Shown here piece by piece: positions 29,123-38,438 of a stretch of DNA of 64,000 bases; positions within the stretch are counted from its first letter, which is position 1; every line of letters begins with the position of its first letter. The position numbers and the translations under genes are program-made. This stretch comes from an uncultured Acidobacteriota bacterium (lineage in GTDB: Bacteria; Acidobacteriota; Thermoanaerobaculia; Multivoradales; UBA5704), in assembly GCA_963700145.1 (NCBI GenBank), contig OY969474.1:2656001-2720000 (forward strand). Direction: 5' to 3'. The notes under the pieces are model-generated. The model ran no database searches and was not told the DNA's origin. It saw only the letters and a program-made list of their open reading frames with translations.

Positions 29123-29562
29123 CCCTGCGCCTGCCGCGCCGCGTTGCGGACCATCGAGACCATCGCCATCAGGCCCATCGACTTGCCCATCGACAGCTCG
29201 TCGCCGAAGAGGCGGTAGACGACGTCCTGCGGCACCGCGGCGACCTCGGCGAGCGGCGCGCCCGAGAGCCCCTCGTCGAGGATCACCGCCAGCGCCTTGG
29301 CCGAGATCCCCTGCGGGTTCTCGACCGCGAAGTGGAAGTCGAGCCGGCCGTCCGGCCGCCGCTCGGCCCAGACGTAGGCCTGCGACTCGCAGGCCGGCAC
29401 CTTGTTCTCCTCGGCGAAGGGGCGGGCGGCGATCCGCGGCGGCACCTCGCGGAAGCGCTCGGCGATGTCGATCAGGAGCTGGATGCGGTCGGCGCGGTCG
29501 GGCACCAACGCCAGCGTGTCGACGATCTCGCCCAGCTTCTCGGGCAGCGCCGCGGTCGCCAT
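29101..29562 (-). CDS. sufE: SufE-family sulfur acceptor
   Basis: VPACESQAYVW motif; follows the sulfurtransferase. Confidence 0.85.
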   Translation of the reverse strand: MATAALPEKLGEIVDTLALVPDRADRIQLLIDIAERFREVPPRIAARPFAEENKVPACESQAYVWAERRPDGRLDFHFAVENPQGISAKALAVILDEGLSGAPLAEVAAVPQDVVYRLFGDELSMGKSMGLMAMVSMVRNAARQAQGFALQST

Positions 29563-29580
29563 CTCCTCAGCTCGCCCCGC

Positions 29581-30447
29581 TCATTTCTCGATCGGCACCC
29601 CGACCAGGTTGCCCCACTCCGTCCAGCTGCCGTCGTAGTTGCGGACCCTGGGGTAGCCGAGGAGGCGGGTGAGCACGAACCAGGTGAGGCTGCTGCGCTC
29701 GCCGATGCGGCAGTAGACGATGACGTCGTCGTCTTTCTTCAGCTTGGCCTCGCCTTCGTAGATCGCGCGCAGCTCGTCGGCGGTCTTGAAGCTGCCGTCG
29801 TCGGGGTTGACGGCGCGCGCCCAGGGGATGTTGGCCGCCCCCGGGATGTGGCCGCCGCGCAGCGCCCCCTCGTTGGGGTACTCCGGCATGTGCAGCCGCT
29901 CGCCGCTGTACTCCTGCGGGCTGCGCACGTCGACGAGCGGCCCCTTCTTCCCCGCCACCTGCCCCAGCACCTGCTCGCGGAAGGCGCGGACCTTCTCGTC
30001 GTCGCGCTCCGGGGCGCTGTAGTCGGTCGCGGGGTAGCTCTTGACGTCGCGGGTGAGCGGCCGCTTCTCCTTGTCCCACTTGATCCGCCCGCCGTCCATG
30101 ATCTTGGCCTTGTCGTGGCCGAAGAGCTGGAAAACCCAGAAGGCGTAGGTGGCCCACCAGTTGTTGCGGTCGCCGTAGAAGATGACGGTGGTGTCGCGGG
30201 TGGCGCCGATCCGCCGCATCAACGCCTCGAAGCCTTCGCGGCCGAGGTAGTCGCGCCGCACCGGGTCGTTGAGGTCGCGCGTCCAGTCCACCTCCACCGC
30301 CCCCGGGATGTGCCCGCTCGAGTAGAGCAGCGGGTCCTCGTTCGATTCGACGATCCGCACCTCCGGGTCGTCGAGGTGCTCAGCCACCCAGTCGGTCGAG
30401 ACCAGCGCCTCCGGGTGGACGTACCCACGATCGGCTATGTCGCTCAC
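29581..30447 (-). CDS. Tandem-rhodanese sulfurtransferase (SseA-like)
   Basis: [24 protein letters not shown]. Confidence 0.95.
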   Translation of the reverse strand: MSDIADRGYVHPEALVSTDWVAEHLDDPEVRIVESNEDPLLYSSGHIPGAVEVDWTRDLNDPVRRDYLGREGFEALMRRIGATRDTTVIFYGDRNNWWATYAFWVFQLFGHDKAKIMDGGRIKWDKEKRPLTRDVKSYPATDYSAPERDDEKVRAFREQVLGQVAGKKGPLVDVRSPQEYSGERLHMPEYPNEGALRGGHIPGAANIPWARAVNPDDGSFKTADELRAIYEGEAKLKKDDDVIVYCRIGERSSLTWFVLTRLLGYPRVRNYDGSWTEWGNLVGVPIEK

Positions 30448-30498
30448 GGTCGCTCTCCTTTCATCTCTCTAGTGCTGCGAGAGCGACAATCTAGTCCT

Positions 30499-32619
30499 CT
30501 AGCCCGAGGTCTTCAACCAGCCGCGCAGCACCTCGGCCACGCTCCAGGCCTGGGCGACGCAGCCACGGGCGCGGTAGGGCTCCTCGGCGTCGAAGACTTC
30601 GGAGATCGACCCCAGGCAGACGTCCCCGAGGTGGGGCAGGAAGCCGGCGAGGAGAGCCTGCGCGCCCTCCCGGTCGGAGGGGTGGAGCTTGAGCCAGGCG
30701 TCGACGAAGGGGCCGATCAGCCAGGCCCACACCGTCCCCTGGTGGTAGGCGGCGTCGCGGGAGCGCAGGTCGCCGTCGTAGTAGCGCTGGTAGTCGGCGT
30801 GGTCGGGGGCGAGCGAGCGCAGCCCGACCGGCGTCAGCAGCTTCTGGCGCACCGTCTCCATCACCGGCGACCAGCGCTCGCGCGCCAGGATCGGGTGCGG
30901 CAGCGAGATGGCGAAGACCTGGTTGGGACGGCAGGCCGGGTCGTCGCCCTTCTCGCCGTCGACGACGTCGTAGAGGTAGCCGCCCGCCTCGTACCAGAAG
31001 CGGGCGTTGAAGCTGTGGTAGGCGCGCTCGGCGTGGCGGGAGAGGCGGCGCGCCGCCGCGATGCCGCGCCCCTCGCGCATCCAGCCTTCGAGCAGGCGCA
31101 GCGCGTTGTACCAGAGGGCGTTGATCTCGACCGCCTTCCCCCGCCGCGGCGTCACCACCCAGTCGCCGACCTTGGCGTCCATCCAGGTGAGCTGGTAGCC
31201 CTCCGCCCCCTGCCGCAGGAGGCCGTCCGCCGGATCGACGCAGATGCCGAAGCGGGTGCCGTTCAAGTGGCGCTCGACGATCTGGAGCAGCGCCGGCAGC
31301 AGCACCTCGAGGGTGGCGTGGTCGTCGCTCGCCGCGACGTAGCGGTCGAGGGCGTGGAAATACCAGAGGGTGGCGTCGGCGGTGTGGTAGAGGCCCTCGC
31401 GCTCGCCGTCGGGGAAGAAGTTGGGGATCAACCCGTCGCGCACGTGCGCGGCGAAGGTGCGCAGGACGTAGCGCGCCTCCTCCAGCCGGCCGGTGGAGGC
31501 GGTCAGCCCTTCGAGGCTGATCATCGTGTCGCGCCCCCAGTCGGTGAACCAGTGGTAGCCGGCGATGACCGTGCGCGGCTCCTCGCCGGCGGCGTGGGCG
31601 CGCACGGCGTCGCCCTGGCGCTGAGGCGCGATCAGAAACTGGTCGGCGGCGAGCACCAGCTCGGCGGGCGGGCCGCTGCGGGCGAGCGGGTGGGCGGCGG
31701 CGAGCAGGCGCACCCGCCGCTCCTGGTCGAGCTCGAGCGCCTCGCGCGGCGGCAGCGACAGCGCCTCCTCCCACGAGGCGGTCGAGGCCACCAGCGCCGC
31801 CTCCTCCCCGACCGCCAGGTCGACCGCGAAGCTGCCCGGGCTCCAGGCGTCGCCGACCGCGTCGTAGCCGCGCGCCGCCTCGACCCGGTAGTGGAGCCCG
31901 GCGATCTCGCGCGGCCCGTCGGTGAAGACCGCCGCGCCGCCGAGGACGGCCAGGCGCAGCGCGGGGCGGCCGCGCCGGTCGACGAGCGCCGGGTCGGCGG
32001 CCGGGCGCACCTCGCAGCGCGCGCCGCTCGCCTCCACCTCGAACGGCGCCGGCAGCGGCCGGCTCACCGGTTCGTCCTGCGGCCGGAAGTGGACCCGCGG
32101 CTCGAGGATCAGGCGGAAGCGGCCCTCGCCGTCGAGCAGGCGGTAGAGGACGTGGACGGTGTTCTGCCCGTGCGGCAGGACGAGCCGCTTCTCGAGGCGC
32201 ACGCCCTCGCCGGCGAAGACCCAGACCGGCAGCCCACCCTCGATCCGGAACTCCACGAGCTGGTGGACGGCGCGCAGGTCGGGCGGCGAGCCCTGCCGCT
32301 CCTCGCCGCTCAGGCAGAGGTCGGCACCGGAGGGGAGGCGGACCTTCTCGCCGAGCTGCGCCAGGGTGACGACGCGCCCGACGCGCAGCGCCGCGATCAG
32401 CAGCCCGTGGTAGCGGCGGGTGGGGATCCCCGCCACCGTCCCCGCCGCGTAGCCGCCGAGGCCGTTGGCGACCAGCCACTCCAGGGCGACCAGGCGCTCG
32501 GGATCGGCGCCGGGCACCGGCACCTCGCGCACCGGCAGCGGGATCGGGAGCACCGCGTCGCCCGGCGCGATCGTCTCCTCGCCCGCGGCCGCCGCCGGCG
32601 GCGGCTCAGTCGTCGTCAT
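30499..32619 (-). CDS. Amylo-alpha-1,6-glucosidase (glycogen debranching enzyme)
   Basis: EWLVANGLGGYA, AGYHWFTDWGRD, TWMDAK, AYHQGTVW, AQAWS. Confidence 0.93.
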   Translation of the reverse strand: MTTTEPPPAAAAGEETIAPGDAVLPIPLPVREVPVPGADPERLVALEWLVANGLGGYAAGTVAGIPTRRYHGLLIAALRVGRVVTLAQLGEKVRLPSGADLCLSGEERQGSPPDLRAVHQLVEFRIEGGLPVWVFAGEGVRLEKRLVLPHGQNTVHVLYRLLDGEGRFRLILEPRVHFRPQDEPVSRPLPAPFEVEASGARCEVRPAADPALVDRRGRPALRLAVLGGAAVFTDGPREIAGLHYRVEAARGYDAVGDAWSPGSFAVDLAVGEEAALVASTASWEEALSLPPREALELDQERRVRLLAAAHPLARSGPPAELVLAADQFLIAPQRQGDAVRAHAAGEEPRTVIAGYHWFTDWGRDTMISLEGLTASTGRLEEARYVLRTFAAHVRDGLIPNFFPDGEREGLYHTADATLWYFHALDRYVAASDDHATLEVLLPALLQIVERHLNGTRFGICVDPADGLLRQGAEGYQLTWMDAKVGDWVVTPRRGKAVEINALWYNALRLLEGWMREGRGIAAARRLSRHAERAYHSFNARFWYEAGGYLYDVVDGEKGDDPACRPNQVFAISLPHPILARERWSPVMETVRQKLLTPVGLRSLAPDHADYQRYYDGDLRSRDAAYHQGTVWAWLIGPFVDAWLKLHPSDREGAQALLAGFLPHLGDVCLGSISEVFDAEEPYRARGCVAQAWSVAEVLRGWLKTSG

Positions 32620-34615
32620 GCGGCACCTCCTCGCGCTGCGGGTCGTGCTTCGGGAACTGCACACGCCGGCGCGGCGGCGGCTCGTCGGCGCGCGGCCCGG
32701 GCGCCAGCACCAGGGCCGCGTGCCCGGTCAGGAACCACCCCTCCGCTCCCTCCGGCTCGGTCGCGCCGCCGCCGGCGTAGCGGGCCGCCTCGCTCGACCA
32801 GAGAATGCGCCAGCGCTCCCCCGCCGGCGGCGCCAGGAGCGGCTCGGGGGCCGGCGTCAGCTCGAGGTCGCGGCCGAGGTTGACGACGAGAAGGCGATCG
32901 CCGTCCGCGCCGCGGCCGAAGAAGCGCAGGACGAAGGCCTCGGGGCCGAGGACGGCGCCGTCGATCCCCTCCGCGCCCTGCAGGCGGAAGACCGGGTCCT
33001 CGCGCCGCAGGCGGAGGAGGTCGCGGTGGAGGGCCACGGCGTGCACGTGCCGCCGCCGCTCGCCGGGGTCGAGCCTCGAGACTTCGAACGTTGCCGCGGT
33101 CTCGGGGTCGGGGATCGCGGCCCGGATCTCCGGGTCGCTCAGGCTCTCGAACTGCTCGAGGAACTCCAGCCGCCCGCGCCGCACCTTCGCCGCCAGCTCG
33201 GGCTCGTGGTCGGCGAAGTAGTGGAACGGGCTCGAGGTCCAGAACTCCTGCCCCTGGAAAAGCAGCGGCGTCTCCGGCCCGAGCAGCAGGAGCGCGGTCA
33301 GCGCGCGCATCCGGCCGGGCGAGGTGCGCTGGTGGAGGCGCAGGCCGCGCGCCGAGTTGGCGAGCTGGTCGTGGTTCTCGAGGAAGTGGACGAAGGCCGG
33401 GAACGGCAGGTCGAAGGCCGGCCCGCCGCGCCGCTTCTGCTGCCAGACGTAGCGCTGCCCCTGGTAGAGGAAGCCGCGCTTGAGCAGCGACACCAGCTCC
33501 TGCGGCGTGCCCGAGTAGTCGGTGTAGTAGGCGTCGTTGCGGCCGGTCGCGGCGACCAGCGCGGCGTGGTGGAAGTCGTCGTTCCACATCATGTCGAGGC
33601 CGTGGCCGCGCTGCTCCGGCGGCAACTCCGGGTCCGCCGGCCGCACCAGCCGCCCGTCCTGCGGCTCGTTCTCGGCCACCAGCAGCGTGCGGCGGCGGCC
33701 GCCGGCCTCCCGCACCCGGCGCGCGATGGCGGCGATCACGTGCTCGGGCGACTCGTCGTAGATGTCCTGCGTTGCGTCGAGGCGGAGGCCGTCGAAGTGG
33801 TGCTCCTCGATCCAGTACTCGGCGTTGGCGAGGAAGAAGTCGCGCACCGCGCCCGAGCCCTCGCGGTCGAAGTTGATCGCCGCCCCCCAATCGGTCGGGC
33901 GTCCCCGACTGAAGAAGGTGTCCGAGAACTGCGCCAGGTAGTTGCCGTCCGGCCCGAGGTGGTTGTAGACGACGTCGAGGACGACACCGAGCCCGAGGGC
34001 GTGTGCGCGGTCGACGAAGCGGCGGAGGTCGTCCGGCTGCCCGTAGCCGCGGTACGGTGCGAAGAGGTTGACGCCGTCGTACCCCCAGCCGAAGCGGCCC
34101 GGGAACTCGGCGATCGGCATCAGCTCGACGGCGGTGATCCCCAGCTCCACCAGCGCCGGCAGCTCGCGCGCCGCGGCCTCCCAGGTCCCCTCCGGCGTGA
34201 AGGTGCCGGGGTGCATCTCGTAGAGCACCTGGCCTTCGGGGGCGAGGCCGGGCCAGGCGGCGTCGGTCCACGGGAAGCCGGCCGGGTCCTCGACCCGCGA
34301 CGGCCCGTGCGGACCCTCCGGCTGGAAGCGCGACGCGGGATCGGGGAAGGCCTCGCCGCCGTCGAGCCGGAAGCGGTAGAGGTCGCCCGCGCGCGCCGTC
34401 TCGGCGGCGCCGGAGAACCACCCCTCCGGCTCGGCCTCCAGGGGCACCGGCGGGAGGTCGCGGGAGAAAAACACCACCTCCACCCGCCGCCGCTTGGGCG
34501 CCCAGACGCGGAAGGAGACGCCGCCCCCGGCGAGGGGCTCCGCCCCTACGGGCAGGCGTCTCGCGAGAGCTAAAGCAGGGGGCTGGGCAGGCATGCGGTT
34601 TGGGGAGGCGTGCAC
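32606..34615 (-). CDS. treZ: Malto-oligosyltrehalose trehalohydrolase (GH13)
   Basis: DPASRFQPEGPHGPS, WGYDGV, DVVYNHLG, GLRLDA, NHDQ. Confidence 0.92.
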   Translation of the reverse strand: MHASPNRMPAQPPALALARRLPVGAEPLAGGGVSFRVWAPKRRRVEVVFFSRDLPPVPLEAEPEGWFSGAAETARAGDLYRFRLDGGEAFPDPASRFQPEGPHGPSRVEDPAGFPWTDAAWPGLAPEGQVLYEMHPGTFTPEGTWEAAARELPALVELGITAVELMPIAEFPGRFGWGYDGVNLFAPYRGYGQPDDLRRFVDRAHALGLGVVLDVVYNHLGPDGNYLAQFSDTFFSRGRPTDWGAAINFDREGSGAVRDFFLANAEYWIEEHHFDGLRLDATQDIYDESPEHVIAAIARRVREAGGRRRTLLVAENEPQDGRLVRPADPELPPEQRGHGLDMMWNDDFHHAALVAATGRNDAYYTDYSGTPQELVSLLKRGFLYQGQRYVWQQKRRGGPAFDLPFPAFVHFLENHDQLANSARGLRLHQRTSPGRMRALTALLLLGPETPLLFQGQEFWTSSPFHYFADHEPELAAKVRRGRLEFLEQFESLSDPEIRAAIPDPETAATFEVSRLDPGERRRHVHAVALHRDLLRLRREDPVFRLQGAEGIDGAVLGPEAFVLRFFGRGADGDRLLVVNLGRDLELTPAPEPLLAPPAGERWRILWSSEAARYAGGGATEPEGAEGWFLTGHAALVLAPGPRADEPPPRRRVQFPKHDPQREEVPHDDD

Positions 34616-34634
34616 GGTGTATGCCGGAAAAGAA

Positions 34635-34735
34635 CCCGCCCCCAGATCCTTCGCTGCGCTCAGGATGACGTCTTTGGGTTGTGCGCGGAGTGACCCATCA
34701 TCGTCATCCTGAGCGAAGCGAAGGATCTGGGCGGG
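34635..34735. repeat. CGTC-type REP doublet overlapping the addA stop codon
   Basis: cccagatccttcgctgcgctcaggatgacg ... cgtcatcctgagcgaagcgaaggatctggg. Confidence 0.92.
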
Positions 34736-37700
34736 AGGATTCCCAGACCTGCCCGGCCGCCAGGAACCAGAGTTCGAAACGGGGAATCTCAGGGAGGCCG
34801 AGCGCCTCCTGGACCGCCCGGGTGTAAGCGGTCCCCTGGGTGGCGTAGACGGCGGCGCGGCTGGTCAGCTCGTCCCCCTCCACCTGGTCGGTCTTGTAGT
34901 CGGCGACGACCAGCCCGCCGTCGGCGGCACGATACAGGAGGTCGATCGTGCCGGAGACATAGCCGACGGCCCCGCCGTCGCCGCCGGCCGGGGGGAGGAG
35001 GACCGGCAGCTCGCGGGCCAGGATCGAGCCGCGGGCGGCGCGGAGGCGGGCGAGGAGGCCGGAAGAGAAGACTCGCGTGAGGATGGCGCGCGCGCGGGCC
35101 GCGGCGGCCTCGCGCTGCTCGGCGTTCAGCGACTCCACCAGCCCCGGCAGCCGCGCGAGCTGCCGCGCCAGCTCCGCCGCGGGCTCGGCCTCCAGATCCC
35201 ACTCTTCGAGCGCTTGGTGCACGGCGCTCCCGGCGGCCATCGCGGCGTCCCTCCCGGCCGCGCCTGCCCTGCCCGCTCTCGCCGCTTCCTCCGCCGCCGC
35301 CTCCCGCTCCTCCCGCAGCCGCTCGTGTGCCTCGGCGCTCGCCGCCGCGCCGAACGGCCTCGCCATGCGTGCCCGCGCCGCCTCACGCCGCGCGTGCAGC
35401 GCCTCCGCCTGCCGCGCCGCCTCGGCCGGCGTCGCCAGCCAGGCCGGTGCCTCGCGCTCCGCCTCCGTCTCCTCGCCGGCGCCGGCGAGCGCCGGGAACC
35501 GCCAGAGCGCCCCGAAGGCGTCCGCGCGCGCCGCCTCGCCCCCCTCGCCGGTCCCGCGCAGCTTCGCCCACAGCCCGTCCAGCCCCTCCTCCGGCCGCCC
35601 CGCCCGCCACACCAGCAGGTCGAGGAGGCTGCGCGCCCGCTCCGGCGGCCGCGGCGCCGGCGCCTCCGCCGGCCAGCAGCCCAGCAGCACCAGCCGCTCC
35701 TTGGCGCGCGTCGTCGCCACGTAGAGGAGGCGCACGCGCTCCGCCGCCTCGACCTCCTCGCGCTGCGCCTCGACGCGGTCGAAGCCCGAGGTCGCGGCGC
35801 CGAAGAGCGACAGCTCCAGCCACCCGTCCACCCGCCCGAAGGCGAAGGGCTCGCGCTCGTCGGGGCGCTTCTGCTTGTGGAGCTGCGCCACGTAGACGTG
35901 GCGGAAGTCGAGCCCCTTGGCGCCGTGGATCGTGAGCACCTGCACCGCGTCGTCGAGGCCGGCCTGTGGGCGCGCCTCCTCGGCCTCGCGCGCCGCGGCG
36001 ACGCTGCGGCGGAGCGAGCGCAGGACGGCCGTGGCGTCGCCGCCACCGGCCTCCAGCGCGGCCGCCAGCTCGCGGAAGAAGCGCTCCAGGTTGGCCAGGC
36101 GGTAGGCGCCGAGGGTGCGCGCCGCCTCGACCGGCTCGAGCAGCGTCAGCGCCCGGAGCTTGTCGACGAAGACGTCCACCGGGTCGCGGGCGAAGGAGCG
36201 CCGCAGCGCCGCCAGGGCCTCCAGCCCGGCGATCAGCCCCTTCTCCCAGCCGGCGATGCGCTCGAGCCCCGGCGCCGCCGGTACTTCCTTCGCCGCCCCC
36301 TCGACCAGCTCGGCCAGCGCCGCCAGCGCCTCGCGGTCCGCGGTCTCGTCGGCGTGCCCGGCGCCCAGCTCCGTCGCGCGCCGCGGCAGCTGCCGCCGCC
36401 AGAGCGGCACCAGCGCCGCGTCGGGCACGCCGATCAGCGCCGAGCGCAGCACGGTGAGCAGCGCCAGGTGGTCGCCGGGGTCGAGCACCGCCCGCACCAG
36501 CGCCGCCGCCTCGATCACCTCGCGGCGCCGGTAGTACTGCTTGTCGCGGCCGACCAGGAAGGGCACCCCGGCCCGCCGCAGCGCTTCGAGGTAGATGTCG
36601 AGGTCGCCGCCGCTGCGCACCAGGATCGCCGTCTCGCCGAGCCGCACGCCGGCGGCGCGCAGCGCCAGGAGGTCGCGCGCCAGGGCCGCCGCCTCCAGCT
36701 CGGTCGCTTCGGTCAGCGACGGCGCGCGCGCCCCCGGCTCCCAGCCGGGCGGCCAGCTCACCCAGTGCTCGACCGCCCGGCGCTCGGGATCAGCGTAGCC
36801 GGCGCTGCCGGCCAGCCGCTCGCAGGCGAGGAGCGGCTCGAAGCGCGGCTGGATGCCGGCGCGCTCGCGCAGCACCGGCTCGACGATGCGCGTGACCTCC
36901 TCGAGCACCGCCGGCACCGAGCGGAAGTTCTCGGCCAGCGGCCGCACCTCGCCGCCGGCCGCGCGCACCGCGCCGACGAACGCGTCGTAGGCCGCGAGGT
37001 CGGCGCTGCGCCAGCCGTAGATCGACTGCTTCGGGTCGCCGACCAGGAAGAGCCCCGGGCGTTCCTCGGCAGGCCCGTCGAGCGCCAGCCAGCGCAGCAG
37101 CTCGCACTGCACGCGGTCGGTGTCCTGGAACTCGTCCACCAGGAGCTGGTCGATGCCGCGGCGCAGGCGCGTCCGTACCCCGGGGTGCCCGGCCAGCAGC
37201 GCGACGGCGCCCTCGAGCAGCCCGTCGTAGGTCACCGCGCCGCGCGCCCGCATGCCGCGCTCGACCTCGGCGAGGAGCGGCGCCAGCGCGCCGCGCGCCG
37301 CCGCCAGCAGCTCGGGGTCGAGCGTCGCCAGGTGCCGCGCCAGGCGGCACAGCTCGTCGGTGTGGCGGCGGAGGGCCTCGCGCTCGGCGTCGGGGAGCGC
37401 GGGCTTGCCCCCCTCGGCCTCGCGCGCCAGCTTGCGCAGGTGGGAGAGGAGGTTGTCGGGCAGGAGCGCCGCGAGCCGCCGCTGCAGGAGGCGCACGCCG
37501 GCCGACTCCCGCTCGTCCTCGCCGAAGAACGCCGCCTCCGCCACCGTCGGCTCCAGCCGCCCGCGGGCCGCCAGGCGCTCGAGCTCCTGCGCCAGCCGCG
37601 CCAGGCCGGCGCGCAGCGCCTTGGTGTTGGGGCGCGAGTCGCCGCCGAAGGCCGCGGCGACGAGCGGCGCCAGCGGCCCGACCGCGGCGGCGAAGCGCGC

Positions 37701-38438
37701 CACCAGCGCGGCGGCCTCTTCGCCGGGGTCGGCAGCCCCGGCCAGCTCCTCCGCCGAGACGGCGTGGACGTGGAGCAGCGTCAGCGCGTCGGCCACCTGC
37801 TGCGGCGGGATGCCGCGCGCCGCCAGGCGCAGGAGGTCCGAGTCCGCCTCGTCCTCGTAGGCGCGGCGCAGCGCCGGCTCGACCGTCTCGCGCACCACCT
37901 CCTCCAGCGCCAGGCCGTCGGCGTCCACCGTGAACGCCGGGTGCAGCCCCGCCTCCAGCGGGTGGTCGGCGAGCAGGCCGCGGCAGAAGGCGTGGATGGT
38001 GCGCACCGTCAGCCGATCGAGCGTCGCGGCCAGCGCCCGGGCGCGGCGGGTGCGCTCGCCGGCCGGCGGCAGCAGGTCGGCGGCGAGCCACTCCGGCGGC
38101 TCGCCGCCCGCGGCCAGCTCCGTCAGCCAGTGCCCCGCCCGCTCCGCCATCTCGGCCGCCGCCGCCTCGGTGAAGGTGATCGCCACGACGCCGGCGAGGA
38201 GCGCCGCCGCCGTGCGCTCGCCGGTCGGGTCCGTCTCCGCGCCGGCGCGCTCCGCCCGGCGCGCCGCCGCCCGCTCCCACCCCGGCCCCAGGCACCAGGC
38301 GAGGAGGCGGGCGACGAGAGCGGTGGTCTTGCCGGTGCCGGCGCCCGCTTCGAGCACCACCGGCCGCACGAACTCGCTCTGCGCCAGGCGCCGGGCGGCG
38401 TGGTCGGCGGCGCGCAGGGCGGAGCGCTCGCCGCTCAA
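34704..38438 (-). CDS. addA: UvrD-family helicase-nuclease, AddA-like
   Basis: EAGAGTGKT, LVDEFQDT, VGDPKQSIYGWR, TIHGAKGL, RLLYVATTRA, C-terminal IDLL...DYKT; TTG start overlaps the addB stop. Confidence 0.88.
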   Translation of the reverse strand: MSGERSALRAADHAARRLAQSEFVRPVVLEAGAGTGKTTALVARLLAWCLGPGWERAAARRAERAGAETDPTGERTAAALLAGVVAITFTEAAAAEMAERAGHWLTELAAGGEPPEWLAADLLPPAGERTRRARALAATLDRLTVRTIHAFCRGLLADHPLEAGLHPAFTVDADGLALEEVVRETVEPALRRAYEDEADSDLLRLAARGIPPQQVADALTLLHVHAVSAEELAGAADPGEEAAALVARFAAAVGPLAPLVAAAFGGDSRPNTKALRAGLARLAQELERLAARGRLEPTVAEAAFFGEDERESAGVRLLQRRLAALLPDNLLSHLRKLAREAEGGKPALPDAEREALRRHTDELCRLARHLATLDPELLAAARGALAPLLAEVERGMRARGAVTYDGLLEGAVALLAGHPGVRTRLRRGIDQLLVDEFQDTDRVQCELLRWLALDGPAEERPGLFLVGDPKQSIYGWRSADLAAYDAFVGAVRAAGGEVRPLAENFRSVPAVLEEVTRIVEPVLRERAGIQPRFEPLLACERLAGSAGYADPERRAVEHWVSWPPGWEPGARAPSLTEATELEAAALARDLLALRAAGVRLGETAILVRSGGDLDIYLEALRRAGVPFLVGRDKQYYRRREVIEAAALVRAVLDPGDHLALLTVLRSALIGVPDAALVPLWRRQLPRRATELGAGHADETADREALAALAELVEGAAKEVPAAPGLERIAGWEKGLIAGLEALAALRRSFARDPVDVFVDKLRALTLLEPVEAARTLGAYRLANLERFFRELAAALEAGGGDATAVLRSLRRSVAAAREAEEARPQAGLDDAVQVLTIHGAKGLDFRHVYVAQLHKQKRPDEREPFAFGRVDGWLELSLFGAATSGFDRVEAQREEVEAAERVRLLYVATTRAKERLVLLGCWPAEAPAPRPPERARSLLDLLVWRAGRPEEGLDGLWAKLRGTGEGGEAARADAFGALWRFPALAGAGEETEAEREAPAWLATPAEAARQAEALHARREAARARMARPFGAAASAEAHERLREEREAAAEEAARAGRAGAAGRDAAMAAGSAVHQALEEWDLEAEPAAELARQLARLPGLVESLNAEQREAAAARARAILTRVFSSGLLARLRAARGSILARELPVLLPPAGGDGGAVGYVSGTIDLLYRAADGGLVVADYKTDQVEGDELTSRAAVYATQGTAYTRAVQEALGLPEIPRFELWFLAAGQVWESSRPDPSLRSG

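Noticed and set aside
29101-30447. Sulfurtransferase-SufE pair as a novel system
   Set aside because: The SseA plus SufE-like pairing is already known, for example in mycobacteria.
29110-32883. Long antisense ORFs (also 35214-38783, 47215-50286 and others)
   Set aside because: Typical high-GC antisense shadows of well-supported genes.
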